Shown here piece by piece: positions 40,841 through 49,084 of a stretch of DNA of 64,000 nucleotides. The stretch's first letter is position 1. Each line of letters begins with the position of its first letter. A model generated the notes under the pieces. That model worked only from the letters and a program-made list of their open reading frames with translations, made no database searches and had not been told where the DNA came from. The stretch is from positions 1,504,001 to 1,568,000 of the forward strand of contig CAXXXD010000002.1 of NCBI GenBank assembly GCA_963663385.2, read 5' to 3'. A program made the translations under genes and the position numbers. The stretch comes from Oceanispirochaeta sp. GTDB taxonomy: Bacteria; Spirochaetota; Spirochaetia; DSM-2461.

Positions 40841-41614
40841 ATGGATATTGCAACATTAGGTGGTTTATTCGGGGGATTCCTCCTCATTCTCGGATCGATC
40901 ATTGCGGCTGGAAACAATCTGGCCCTCTATCTGGATATCGCTTCGGTTATTATTGTAATATTCGGCTCCTTTGCAGCCATGATCGCGGCCAGTCCGATGC
41001 AGAGGGCTCTGGGGTTTACCAAGTATCTGAATATAGCTATGAATGTTCAGGTTTATAATAAGGAAGCCATCATTACCCAGCTTGTTACATTTGCGGATAA
41101 TGCCCGGAAAGAGGGACTCCTATCCCTGGATGATGCCCTTAATGATGTGGAGGACGACTTTCTGCGAAGCGGCTTGAGGCTGGTTGTAGACGGTACTGAT
41201 CCGGATGTCATTAAAAAGATCCTTTACGGAAATGTCTCTATGATCGATTCCCGTCATCAGGACGGGATTGATTTCTTCGGTAACTGGGCTAAAATCGCAC
41301 CTGCCTTCGGGATGATCGGTACCCTGCTGGGACTGATCGGTATGATGGCCAATCTGGAAGATACAGCCTCTATCGGTCCCAATATGGCGGTTGCGCTTAT
41401 TACCACTCTGTACGGATCTATCGTGGCCAACCTTGTGCTGATGCCCATACAGATCAAACTGGAAGACAGAAACAAGGAAGAGCTGCTGGTTAAAGAGATT
41501 ATGATACAGGGAATCCTCTCCATTCAGTCCGGCGACAACCCCCGGATCCTGGAAGATAAGCTGTATACCTATATTCCGCCGGCAGAAAGGCCTCAGAAGA
41601 GTTCTGGAGAATAA
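40841..41614 (+). CDS. motA: Flagellar stator protein MotA (PomA-like)
   Basis: ARKEGLLSL, VVDGTD, APAFGMIGTL, ALITTLYG, GDNPR. Confidence 0.96.
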   Translation: MDIATLGGLFGGFLLILGSIIAAGNNLALYLDIASVIIVIFGSFAAMIAASPMQRALGFTKYLNIAMNVQVYNKEAIITQLVTFADNARKEGLLSLDDALNDVEDDFLRSGLRLVVDGTDPDVIKKILYGNVSMIDSRHQDGIDFFGNWAKIAPAFGMIGTLLGLIGMMANLEDTASIGPNMAVALITTLYGSIVANLVLMPIQIKLEDRNKEELLVKEIMIQGILSIQSGDNPRILEDKLYTYIPPAERPQKSSGE

Positions 41615-41616
41615 AC

Positions 41617-42351
41617 ATGGCAGGAGAAGGACAGGAAAAATGCCCGAAATGTGAAGAAGGGGCTGCCGAGTGGATGACCACCTACGGGGACATGGTTACA
41701 CTCCTGCTCTGTTTCTTTGTAATTCTTATGAACCCGGAAACCATAGAAGGCGCCCGTATGGAGCTGATAATGGTTTCCTTTAATGGTTTGGGGCCTCTTC
41801 AGGGCGGTAATACCCTCGATGTGGGTGAACTGGCTGAACTGGGGAACAATATTATGGCCATGCCGTCGACCAAAAGGGCCCGGGGGCTGGATAAGGCAAG
41901 ACAGACGGCTGTCTCCATGTTCAAACCGGAAATCAAGAGCAAGCAGGTGCGGGTGACGGAAGACGAGCGGGGGCTGGTGATTACACTGGCTTCGGATGCC
42001 TTTTTCAAACCCGCCAGCGCAGAGGTGGAAATAGAGAGTACCCGTCAGATTCTGCAGAAGCTATCGGGTCTTCTTGCATCAGACGAACTGTCTGAAAGGA
42101 AATTCCGGATCGAAGGGCATACGGATGCCAGTCCCACAGATCCTGATGGACCATGGCCCTCCAACTGGGAGCTTTCTGCGGCACGATCAGCCAATGTTCT
42201 GCACTATCTTGTGGATTTTGGAGTGGATGAAGCACAGTTCCAGATTGCGGGAATGTCCGACACGGCGCCCCTTACGGATAATGAAACTCCCGAGGGCCGG
42301 GCCTATAACAGACGGGTGGATATTATTGTTCTGGCGGAAGGTCATGAATAG
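41617..42351 (+). CDS. motB: Flagellar stator protein MotB
   Basis: WMTTYGDMVTLLLCFF TM segment. OmpA-like domain (GHTD, NWELSAARS, NRRVDI). Confidence 0.96.
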   Translation: MAGEGQEKCPKCEEGAAEWMTTYGDMVTLLLCFFVILMNPETIEGARMELIMVSFNGLGPLQGGNTLDVGELAELGNNIMAMPSTKRARGLDKARQTAVSMFKPEIKSKQVRVTEDERGLVITLASDAFFKPASAEVEIESTRQILQKLSGLLASDELSERKFRIEGHTDASPTDPDGPWPSNWELSAARSANVLHYLVDFGVDEAQFQIAGMSDTAPLTDNETPEGRAYNRRVDIIVLAEGHE

Positions 42352-42375
42352 GAATATTCATATAATATGTAGTGT

Positions 42376-42409
42376 TTGCATAATTGACGGTTTTCTGATA
42401 AAATTTATC
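42376..42409 (+). promoter_or_regulatory. Putative internal sigma70 promoter upstream of fliL with an overlapping palindrome
   Basis: TTGCAT-N17-TAAAAT with an extended TG. GATAAA-A-TTTATC palindrome at 42397-42409. Confidence 0.55.
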
Positions 42410-42434
42410 CGTTAAACAGGATGCAGGTGATAGA

Positions 42435-42992
42435 ATGGCTGAAGATGATATTGAATTAGGAAATGCACTGGAAGGCGCCACCCCTGAAGATCTGGGTGAA
42501 AGTAAAAAGAAACGCTTTGTCTCAGATAGAATCGCCCGGATTCTGGTTTATATAGCTTCGGGAATTATAGCAATACTATTGACGATTACTATCAGCGTCA
42601 TTACTTTTCGGGTTTTGGATAAGGGAAGTATAAACAGGAGTTTTGCTGAAGTTTCCAAAGAGTATGAAACCATACCCGAGCCCTATATCTATTTTACTAT
42701 GATACCTCAGATCCGGGGGGTTACCCGGGATCAGTCCCCCCATTCCATAATCGTGAAGGTTGAGATCGGATACAAGGAAGGAGAGCCCCAGGTTCAGACT
42801 GAACTGGTAGCCCGTACCGCTCAGTTAACCGATATTATCCGAAATTATTTCAGTCAGAAAACCGCTGCAGAACTGGCTCCCGAAAGAGAGCATATTATAA
42901 AAACCGAACTGAAAGATTTGATTAACAGAGTTCTAAGCCAGGGGAAGGTTCAGGATATTATATTTCCGGAACTCCAGGTTTATGAATTCTGA
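42435..42992 (+). CDS. fliL: Flagellar basal body protein FliL
   Basis: Single TM, DIIRNYFSQKT, LKDLINRVL. Lies between motB and fliM. Confidence 0.92.
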   Translation: MAEDDIELGNALEGATPEDLGESKKKRFVSDRIARILVYIASGIIAILLTITISVITFRVLDKGSINRSFAEVSKEYETIPEPYIYFTMIPQIRGVTRDQSPHSIIVKVEIGYKEGEPQVQTELVARTAQLTDIIRNYFSQKTAAELAPEREHIIKTELKDLINRVLSQGKVQDIIFPELQVYEF

Positions 42993-43010
42993 TTGTAACG
43001 GGGTAAGGAT

Positions 43011-44039
43011 ATGACAGAAGTCCTGTCTCAGGATGAAATAGATCAGCTGCTCACTGCCATATCTGCGGGTGATTCTGAACCTGAAGAAGCACAGCAGGTT
43101 GCAGAACGGAAAAATATCCGTATCTGGGATTTCAGGCGTCCTGACAAATTCTCAAAGGAGCAGATCCGTACAGTTTCATTCATGCATGAAACCTTTGCCC
43201 GTTTGACCACCACTTCCCTCTCCGCCCAGCTGCGGAGTCTTGTTAATGTGCATGTAGCATCGGTTGATCAGCTGACATACGAAGAGTTTATACGATCCAT
43301 ACCGTCTCCTACAGCTCTCGCGGTTATAAACATGGATCCCCTGAAGGGGTCTGCCGTACTGGAGATTGACCCTGCTGTTACGTTCTCCATTATTGACCGC
43401 CTTTTCGGTGGAACCGGCGAGGGTTCCAAGATCAACAGAGAGCTTTCTGAGATCGAGCGGACCGTAATGGAATCCATTATTGTCCGTATTCTGGGAAATA
43501 TGCGGGAAGCATGGAGTCAGGTTATCGATCTCCGTCCCCGGCTGGGGCAGATTGAAACAAACCCCCAGTTTGCCCAGATTGTACCTCCCACAGAAATGGT
43601 CGTTCTGGTAACACTGGAAACCAAAGTGGAGGATGTGGAAGGTATGATGAACTTCTGCATCCCCTATCTGACCATAGAGCCGATCATTTCAAAGCTGTCG
43701 GCCCAGTATTACTACTCTTCCATCAGAAGAGGAACAACAACGGAAAACCTGAACATCCTGAGAGAAAGGCTCTCTTCAATCGGCGTCCCCATTATGGCGG
43801 AGGTCGGAGGAATCCAGCTTACCATGAGGGATGTCCTTTCCATAAAGCACGGCGATGTTATCCGCCTGTCCAATACGAGCATCAACGACCCTATGATTCT
43901 GAAAATCGGGAACAAGGCAAAGTTTGAATGCCGGCCCGGTGCGGTGGGGAAGAAGATTGCCGTCCAGGTTACCCGTAAAATTGAAGATATTGATCAGACG
44001 GACTTTGAAGAACTGGCCGTTGAAGGAGATGAAGAATGA
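43011..44039 (+). CDS. fliM: Flagellar motor switch protein FliM
   Basis: LSQDEIDQLL, DFRRPDKFSK, ETNPQF, C-terminal SpoA domain. Confidence 0.98.
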   Translation: MTEVLSQDEIDQLLTAISAGDSEPEEAQQVAERKNIRIWDFRRPDKFSKEQIRTVSFMHETFARLTTTSLSAQLRSLVNVHVASVDQLTYEEFIRSIPSPTALAVINMDPLKGSAVLEIDPAVTFSIIDRLFGGTGEGSKINRELSEIERTVMESIIVRILGNMREAWSQVIDLRPRLGQIETNPQFAQIVPPTEMVVLVTLETKVEDVEGMMNFCIPYLTIEPIISKLSAQYYYSSIRRGTTTENLNILRERLSSIGVPIMAEVGGIQLTMRDVLSIKHGDVIRLSNTSINDPMILKIGNKAKFECRPGAVGKKIAVQVTRKIEDIDQTDFEELAVEGDEE

Positions 44040-45292
44040 GTGATGGTTCCCTCTCTCAGGATGAAATAGATGCTCTGTTGATGGGCAATGACTCTCTGGG
44101 CGGTTCCGATACGGGAGCTGATGCCGGCGGTGGAGCCGGTCTCGGATTTGATCAGATTCAGGTTTTGAACGGGTTGTTCGGTGATGTGGCCAGGACCCTG
44201 AGCGCCACAATGACCGGCATTATGTCTACTGCTGTAACAATAGGCGCGCCTGAAATTTCCTCTCTGTCACGGAACGAAGTGATGGGGCAGTTGAGCGACG
44301 AAGTGGTTGAAGTCAAAATGGACTTCAACCAGGGACTGTCGGGCGGACATATTTTTATCTTCTCACCCGAAAATGCCGTGAAAATAGCCGGCCCCATGAT
44401 TGGTCAGAGTGATGTGGAACTGGACGGAACAGCTATAAGCGCCGTGGGCGAAGCTGTTTCCCAGCTGACCGGAGCAGAAGTTACAACCATCGGCGATATG
44501 GTGAGCGCTAATATCATGACTATATCTCCGGAGAGTCAGAAAGTGGCCAAAGGACTTATTTCTGTAGGAGGAGATTCTCTCGTACAGTTAAAATATCCAG
44601 TTACAATTGACGGGCAGGGAGCTCTGGAAATGATTGAGATTCTGGAACTTCCGGTAGCTCAGTCTCTGGCTGATAAACTGGGATCAGCCGGCGGATCGAC
44701 TCTGGATATGATGGCCGGTCTGGGTGATATGGGAATGCCCCAGCAGCAGATGGGCGGTATGGGAATGCCCCAGCAGCAGATGGGCGGCATGGGAATGGGC
44801 ATGTCTCAGCAGCAGATGGGCGGCATGGGAATGCCCCAGCAGCAGATGGGCGGTATGGGAATGCCCCAGCAGCAGATGGGCGGCATGGGAATGGGCATGT
44901 CTCAGCAGCAGATGGGCGGTATGGGAATGGGCATGCCTCAGCAGCAGATGAACCCCTATATGACCCCTCAGCAGGCTCCTAATGTACAGGGGGTGCAGTT
45001 TCCCGAATTCAGTACGAATATTTCTCCCTCGGAACAGAGGAATATCGGGTTGCTCATGGATGTATCCATGGAGCTTACCGTAGAACTGGGGCGTACGAAA
45101 TGGCAGATCAAGGATATCCTCGGTATTGGAGAAGGAACCATTATCGAGCTGGATAAACTGGCAGGAGAACCTGTGGATATCCTTGTAAACAACAACCTGA
45201 TCGCCAAGGGCGAGGTTGTGGTAATTGATGAAAACTTCGGTGTGCGTGTTACCGACATTGTTTCCAACCTTGACAGGGTAGGAGAGAATTAA
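44036..45292 (+). CDS. fliY: Flagellar motor switch protein FliY (CheC-like domain plus FliN domain)
   Basis: LSQDEIDALL, CheC-like middle region, low-complexity linker, FliN domain (VELGRT, GEVVVIDENFGVR). Confidence 0.93.
   Translation: MSDGSLSQDEIDALLMGNDSLGGSDTGADAGGGAGLGFDQIQVLNGLFGDVARTLSATMTGIMSTAVTIGAPEISSLSRNEVMGQLSDEVVEVKMDFNQGLSGGHIFIFSPENAVKIAGPMIGQSDVELDGTAISAVGEAVSQLTGAEVTTIGDMVSANIMTISPESQKVAKGLISVGGDSLVQLKYPVTIDGQGALEMIEILELPVAQSLADKLGSAGGSTLDMMAGLGDMGMPQQQMGGMGMPQQQMGGMGMGMSQQQMGGMGMPQQQMGGMGMPQQQMGGMGMGMSQQQMGGMGMGMPQQQMNPYMTPQQAPNVQGVQFPEFSTNISPSEQRNIGLLMDVSMELTVELGRTKWQIKDILGIGEGTIIELDKLAGEPVDILVNNNLIAKGEVVVIDENFGVRVTDIVSNLDRVGEN
44729..44950 (+). repeat. In-frame tandem repeat of 30/36-bp units, organised as a 96-bp higher-order duplication
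   Basis: Units ATGGGAATGCCCCAGCAGCAGATGGGCGGY (30 bp) and ATGGGAATGGGCATGTCTCAGCAGCAGATGGGCGGY (36 bp), in the order 30,30,36,30,30,36 plus a partial unit. Confidence 0.97.
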
Positions 45293-45334
45293 AGTATAAC
45301 CGATTAAATAAGTGGAACTTTTGGGAGGGGGACA

Positions 45335-45946
45335 CTGAAAAAACTACTATTGCTTCTCATTATTGCAGGAACAGCGGGATTCTCTTATGCACAGGAAACA
45401 GCGGAGGCCGGAGCTGCCGCTGGTGTTGTGGATGAATCATCCCTTATTCTATTTCCGGAGGATTCGTCTTCCGGGGGTGATACGGCGGCACTGGAACAGC
45501 CTGCTCCTTCATCGGTCGGGATAGGTGACCTTGTACGGGTTGTTCTGGTTCTGGCCGGTGTTGTGGGGATTATTTATCTTCTTGTCTATTTTCTGAAAAG
45601 ATTCTCTCCTCTTGCAGAGAATGAAGAGGACCAGATAGGTATTATTGCCACCAGGCATCTGAAAAAAGATTCATCCCTTCATCTGATTGAAGTGGGGAAT
45701 CAGGTTTTTCTGATAGGATCGGGTACAAACAGCGTTTCCCTGATTTCTGAAATTACCGATAAGGAAACTCTGGACAGGCTTCACCTGGAAACTTCAGCCG
45801 AAAATACAGCTGTCAGGGGGAGCAGTTTCAGAAACCTGATTGCCAGGAATTTTTCCAGGAAAGATACAAGGGGAATAAGCGAACAGTCTCCCGATTTTTT
45901 AAGGCAGCAGAGGGACCGGCTCCGCAAACTGCGGGAGGAAGAATGA
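45335..45946 (+). CDS. fliO: Flagellar biogenesis protein FliO/FliZ
   Basis: Signal peptide, TM segment, LHLIEVGNQVFLIG...ISEI. Lies between fliY and fliP. Probable CTG start at 45335 (the track gives TTG 45350). Confidence 0.85.
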   Translation: MKKLLLLLIIAGTAGFSYAQETAEAGAAAGVVDESSLILFPEDSSSGGDTAALEQPAPSSVGIGDLVRVVLVLAGVVGIIYLLVYFLKRFSPLAENEEDQIGIIATRHLKKDSSLHLIEVGNQVFLIGSGTNSVSLISEITDKETLDRLHLETSAENTAVRGSSFRNLIARNFSRKDTRGISEQSPDFLRQQRDRLRKLREEE

Positions 45947-46749
45947 AACGTCTTTTCATGATACTGCTGCTGGCTCTCTTCACGATACCCCTGTTTGCCC
46001 AGCAGACGCAGAGCGGTCTTGCTTCAACTCCGCCGGCCGCCGAAGATGGCGAGCGGGATGGTATTCTGGATATTCCATTTGTAGATCTGATGGTCCGTCA
46101 GCCCCAGAGTAACCAGGAGGTCGCTTTATCCATTCAGCTCCTTCTGCTTCTGACTCTGCTCTCTCTGGCTCCGTCCATTCTTATACTGACAACATCATTT
46201 CTGCGTGTTTCCATCGTTCTGGACTTTATTAAAAGAGCCTTGTCCCTGCAGCAGGTTCCGCCAGCCAGTCTGCTTATGGGTATAGCTCTTTTTCTTACCC
46301 TGTTCATAATGTGGCCGGTTTTTGATCAGATCTATACCGAGTCGTTTCGTCCTTTTGCGGATGGTGAGATTGGAATAGAGGAAATGTACGAAAGAGCCGA
46401 GAATCCCATCCGATATTTCATGTATCAGCAATTGAAGGATAATCCGGACAACATTGAACTGTTTATGACCATGCGGGGGCTGGACCGGCCCGAAACATTT
46501 GCGGATGTCCCGACATATATTGTTATTCCCGCATTTGTCCTGAACGAACTGACCATAGCCTTTAAAATCGGGATTCTGCTCTATATCCCTTTTATAATTA
46601 TCGATATGGTTGTCGCTTCGGTGCTTATGTCCATGGGTATGATTATGCTGCCCCCTGTTATGATCTCCATGCCATTCAAACTGATTCTGTTTGTTCTGGT
46701 TGACGGCTGGAGTCTTCTGACAAGGCAGCTTGTCATGAGCTTTATGTAA
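45943..46749 (+). CDS. fliP: Export gate protein FliP
   Basis: LAPSIL..TSFLR, QQVPP, PAFVLNEL, MGMIMLPP, KLILFVLVDGW. Confidence 0.98.
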   Translation: MKRLFMILLLALFTIPLFAQQTQSGLASTPPAAEDGERDGILDIPFVDLMVRQPQSNQEVALSIQLLLLLTLLSLAPSILILTTSFLRVSIVLDFIKRALSLQQVPPASLLMGIALFLTLFIMWPVFDQIYTESFRPFADGEIGIEEMYERAENPIRYFMYQQLKDNPDNIELFMTMRGLDRPETFADVPTYIVIPAFVLNELTIAFKIGILLYIPFIIIDMVVASVLMSMGMIMLPPVMISMPFKLILFVLVDGWSLLTRQLVMSFM

Positions 46750-46771
46750 ATTCAGGTTTTAAGGAGGTTTT

Positions 46772-47041
46772 ATGTCAATCGGTTTTGTCGTTACCCTTTT
46801 AAGGAATTCAGTTCTTCAAACCCTTATTCTCGCTTCTCCGGTTCTTCTTGTAGCCATGACAGTAGGGCTTGTGATCTCTATTTTTCAGGCTACTACCTCC
46901 ATACAGGATCAGTCTCTTACTTTTGTACCGAAAATTCTGGCGATTTTTCTGACCCTTGGTCTGGCCGGGTCCTGGATGATTAACCTTCTTATGAACTATA
47001 CGGTCACTCTTTTTGAACTGATTCCCTCAATGGCTGGTTGA
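46772..47041 (+). CDS. fliQ: Export gate protein FliQ
   Basis: GLVISIFQATTSIQDQSLTFVPK. Confidence 0.97.
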   Translation: MSIGFVVTLLRNSVLQTLILASPVLLVAMTVGLVISIFQATTSIQDQSLTFVPKILAIFLTLGLAGSWMINLLMNYTVTLFELIPSMAG

Positions 47042-47065
47042 TTTGATGCGGAACGGACATAGAAT

Positions 47066-47866
47066 ATGATTTTTAATGAGATGATAACAAATCTGCAGCT
47101 CTATTTTCTCATCTTTGCCCGTGTTTTCGCTCTTTTTATGGTAGCCCCTGTCCTGTACTCAACGGGTATCCCTGCTATGGCAAGAGGCGGACTGGCTCTT
47201 TTTACAGCTGTAGCCGTCTATCCCATGGTCAGCACCCTGGGCTACAGTATCCCTGAAGACGGCCTGACCTTTACCTTCCTCCTGATTTCAGAAGCGCTGA
47301 CGGGAGTTCTCATCGGGCTTTTTCTGCAGATCATCTTTGCTATTTTTCAACTGGCAGGTCAAATGTTCTCAGTGCAGATGGGTTTCGGAGCTTCCTCATC
47401 TTTTGATCCCCTGGCTCAGGTTGAAATCCCCCTTGTCGGTCAGATGTTCAACTTGATGGGTATTTTTGTTTTTATTGTTTCCGGCAGTATTCAAAAGCTT
47501 TTTCTTACAGGAATCTATCGTTCCTTTATGGCCATGAAGGGGGATCAACTGATGAATAATCCCGGCTTCCTGTCCGACGGACTGATTAATGCTCTGGCCC
47601 AGCTCTTCGAGCAGTCCATTCTGATAGCCATTCCCATGATGGGCACTCTTCTGATGGTTTCTGTTACCATGGGGCTTCTGGCTAAAGCGGCTCCCCAGAT
47701 GAATCTGATGATGGTGGGATTCCCTATCCAGATTTCGGTCGGTTTTCTGCTGATTATGATGTCTGCTCCCTTTCTGATGGAGAAGATGGTCATGGTAATT
47801 GAAAACGGCTTCAGTCAGGTTGAGGAACTGCTAAGACTTTACCATCTGGAAGGAGCTAATCTATGA
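47066..47866 (+). CDS. fliR: Export gate protein FliR
   Basis: FARV...AP, AGQMFSVQMGF, FDP, KAAPQMN...GFP. Confidence 0.96.
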   Translation: MIFNEMITNLQLYFLIFARVFALFMVAPVLYSTGIPAMARGGLALFTAVAVYPMVSTLGYSIPEDGLTFTFLLISEALTGVLIGLFLQIIFAIFQLAGQMFSVQMGFGASSSFDPLAQVEIPLVGQMFNLMGIFVFIVSGSIQKLFLTGIYRSFMAMKGDQLMNNPGFLSDGLINALAQLFEQSILIAIPMMGTLLMVSVTMGLLAKAAPQMNLMMVGFPIQISVGFLLIMMSAPFLMEKMVMVIENGFSQVEELLRLYHLEGANL

Positions 47867-49059
47867 TTTCCATCATAGATCGGCCCGGGCTGGCAGAAAA
47901 TCCTGCGGCGGGAACCGGACAATTCATTTTTCTGACAAACATCCCCTCCTTGAAGGACGAGAGTCGTTATGCCCTTCATATGCAGTGGTTTGCCGCAGAG
48001 GATGAGGGGCGAACCGAGGATCCGACCGAGCAGAAAATCAGGAAGGCCCGGGAAGAGGGGAAGGTTGCCAAATCATCCGATCTGACAGCATCTGTTGTTC
48101 TCCTGTTCCCGCTGATTCTCATAGCCATACTCAGTCCCTGGATGATCCGAACCATGAAGAGCATGATTCTGTTTTTTATTACCCAGAGTATGGAGACGGA
48201 TGTGACCACCGCCGGCACAATTTCCAGGGCCTTTGTCAGTTATTTTATGAAACTGACCCTTCCTGTTATGGGGGTCGCCTTTCTTTCGGCTTTTCTGGGG
48301 AATCTGTTTCAGGTGGGATTTCTGTTTTCTACTAAAGCCATTGAACCCAAATTCGACAAGATATCACCAAATGTCATCAAGTGGCTGCAGCGGGTTATGT
48401 TCTCTATGGAAGGCTTGTTCAATATGGCGAAATCCCTGTTGAAAATTGCCATTATCGCTGTACTTGCCTTCTGGAATATCAGCCGGAAAATTCCGGAAAT
48501 CACCAATCTTGTTTATGCTACGCTTCCGGAGGCGGCCGGACTGATTGCAGGGCTGGCTTTTACTCTGATGATAGAGGCAGCGGTGATTCTGCTTATTCTT
48601 TCTCTGCCGGACTACCTTTTTCAGAGGCATCAGCACAGGGAATCCCTGAAGATGACAAGGCATGAAGTAAAGGAAGAGATGAAGCAGTCCGAAGGGGATC
48701 CTCAGATAAAGGGGCGCCTCAGGCAGAAAATGCGGGAACTCCTCACCAATCAGATGATGTCGAATGTTCCCAACGCGGATGTGGTTATTACCAACCCGAC
48801 CCACTATGCTGTGGCACTGGAATACAAACAGGAATCCATGACGGCTCCCAGAGTCAGTGCAAAGGGGATGGACGAAGTCGCCCAGAGAATTAAAAAAATC
48901 GCAAGGGAAAATGATGTTCCCATACTGGAAAACAAACCGCTGGCCCGGGCTCTGCATGCCAATGTGGAAATCGGCGATGAAATACCCGAGGAGTACTACA
49001 CGGTTGTGTCGGGCATCCTCGTTAAGATATACGAAATGAGCGGGAAAATCCCCAGTTAG
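47863..49059 (+). CDS. flhB: Export protein FlhB
   Basis: TEDPTEQK, EGKVAKS, EGDPQIK, NPTH autocleavage motif, LARAL. The true start may be 47950 or 47980. Confidence 0.97.
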   Translation: MISIIDRPGLAENPAAGTGQFIFLTNIPSLKDESRYALHMQWFAAEDEGRTEDPTEQKIRKAREEGKVAKSSDLTASVVLLFPLILIAILSPWMIRTMKSMILFFITQSMETDVTTAGTISRAFVSYFMKLTLPVMGVAFLSAFLGNLFQVGFLFSTKAIEPKFDKISPNVIKWLQRVMFSMEGLFNMAKSLLKIAIIAVLAFWNISRKIPEITNLVYATLPEAAGLIAGLAFTLMIEAAVILLILSLPDYLFQRHQHRESLKMTRHEVKEEMKQSEGDPQIKGRLRQKMRELLTNQMMSNVPNADVVITNPTHYAVALEYKQESMTAPRVSAKGMDEVAQRIKKIARENDVPILENKPLARALHANVEIGDEIPEEYYTVVSGILVKIYEMSGKIPS

Positions 49060-49084
49060 GGGTATCCCATAAAGGAAGTGTAAA

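Noticed and set aside
44729..44950. Repeat as a CRISPR array
   Set aside because: The units are contiguous with no unique spacers, they are in frame in a CDS, and no cas genes are present.
44724..44951. Alternative-frame ORF with repeated WECPSSR units, resembling a multi-core RiPP precursor for the radical SAM enzyme
   Set aside because: It is a shifted reading of the fliY repeat, lies inside fliY, has no leader or clear RBS, and is about 43 kb from the radical SAM gene.
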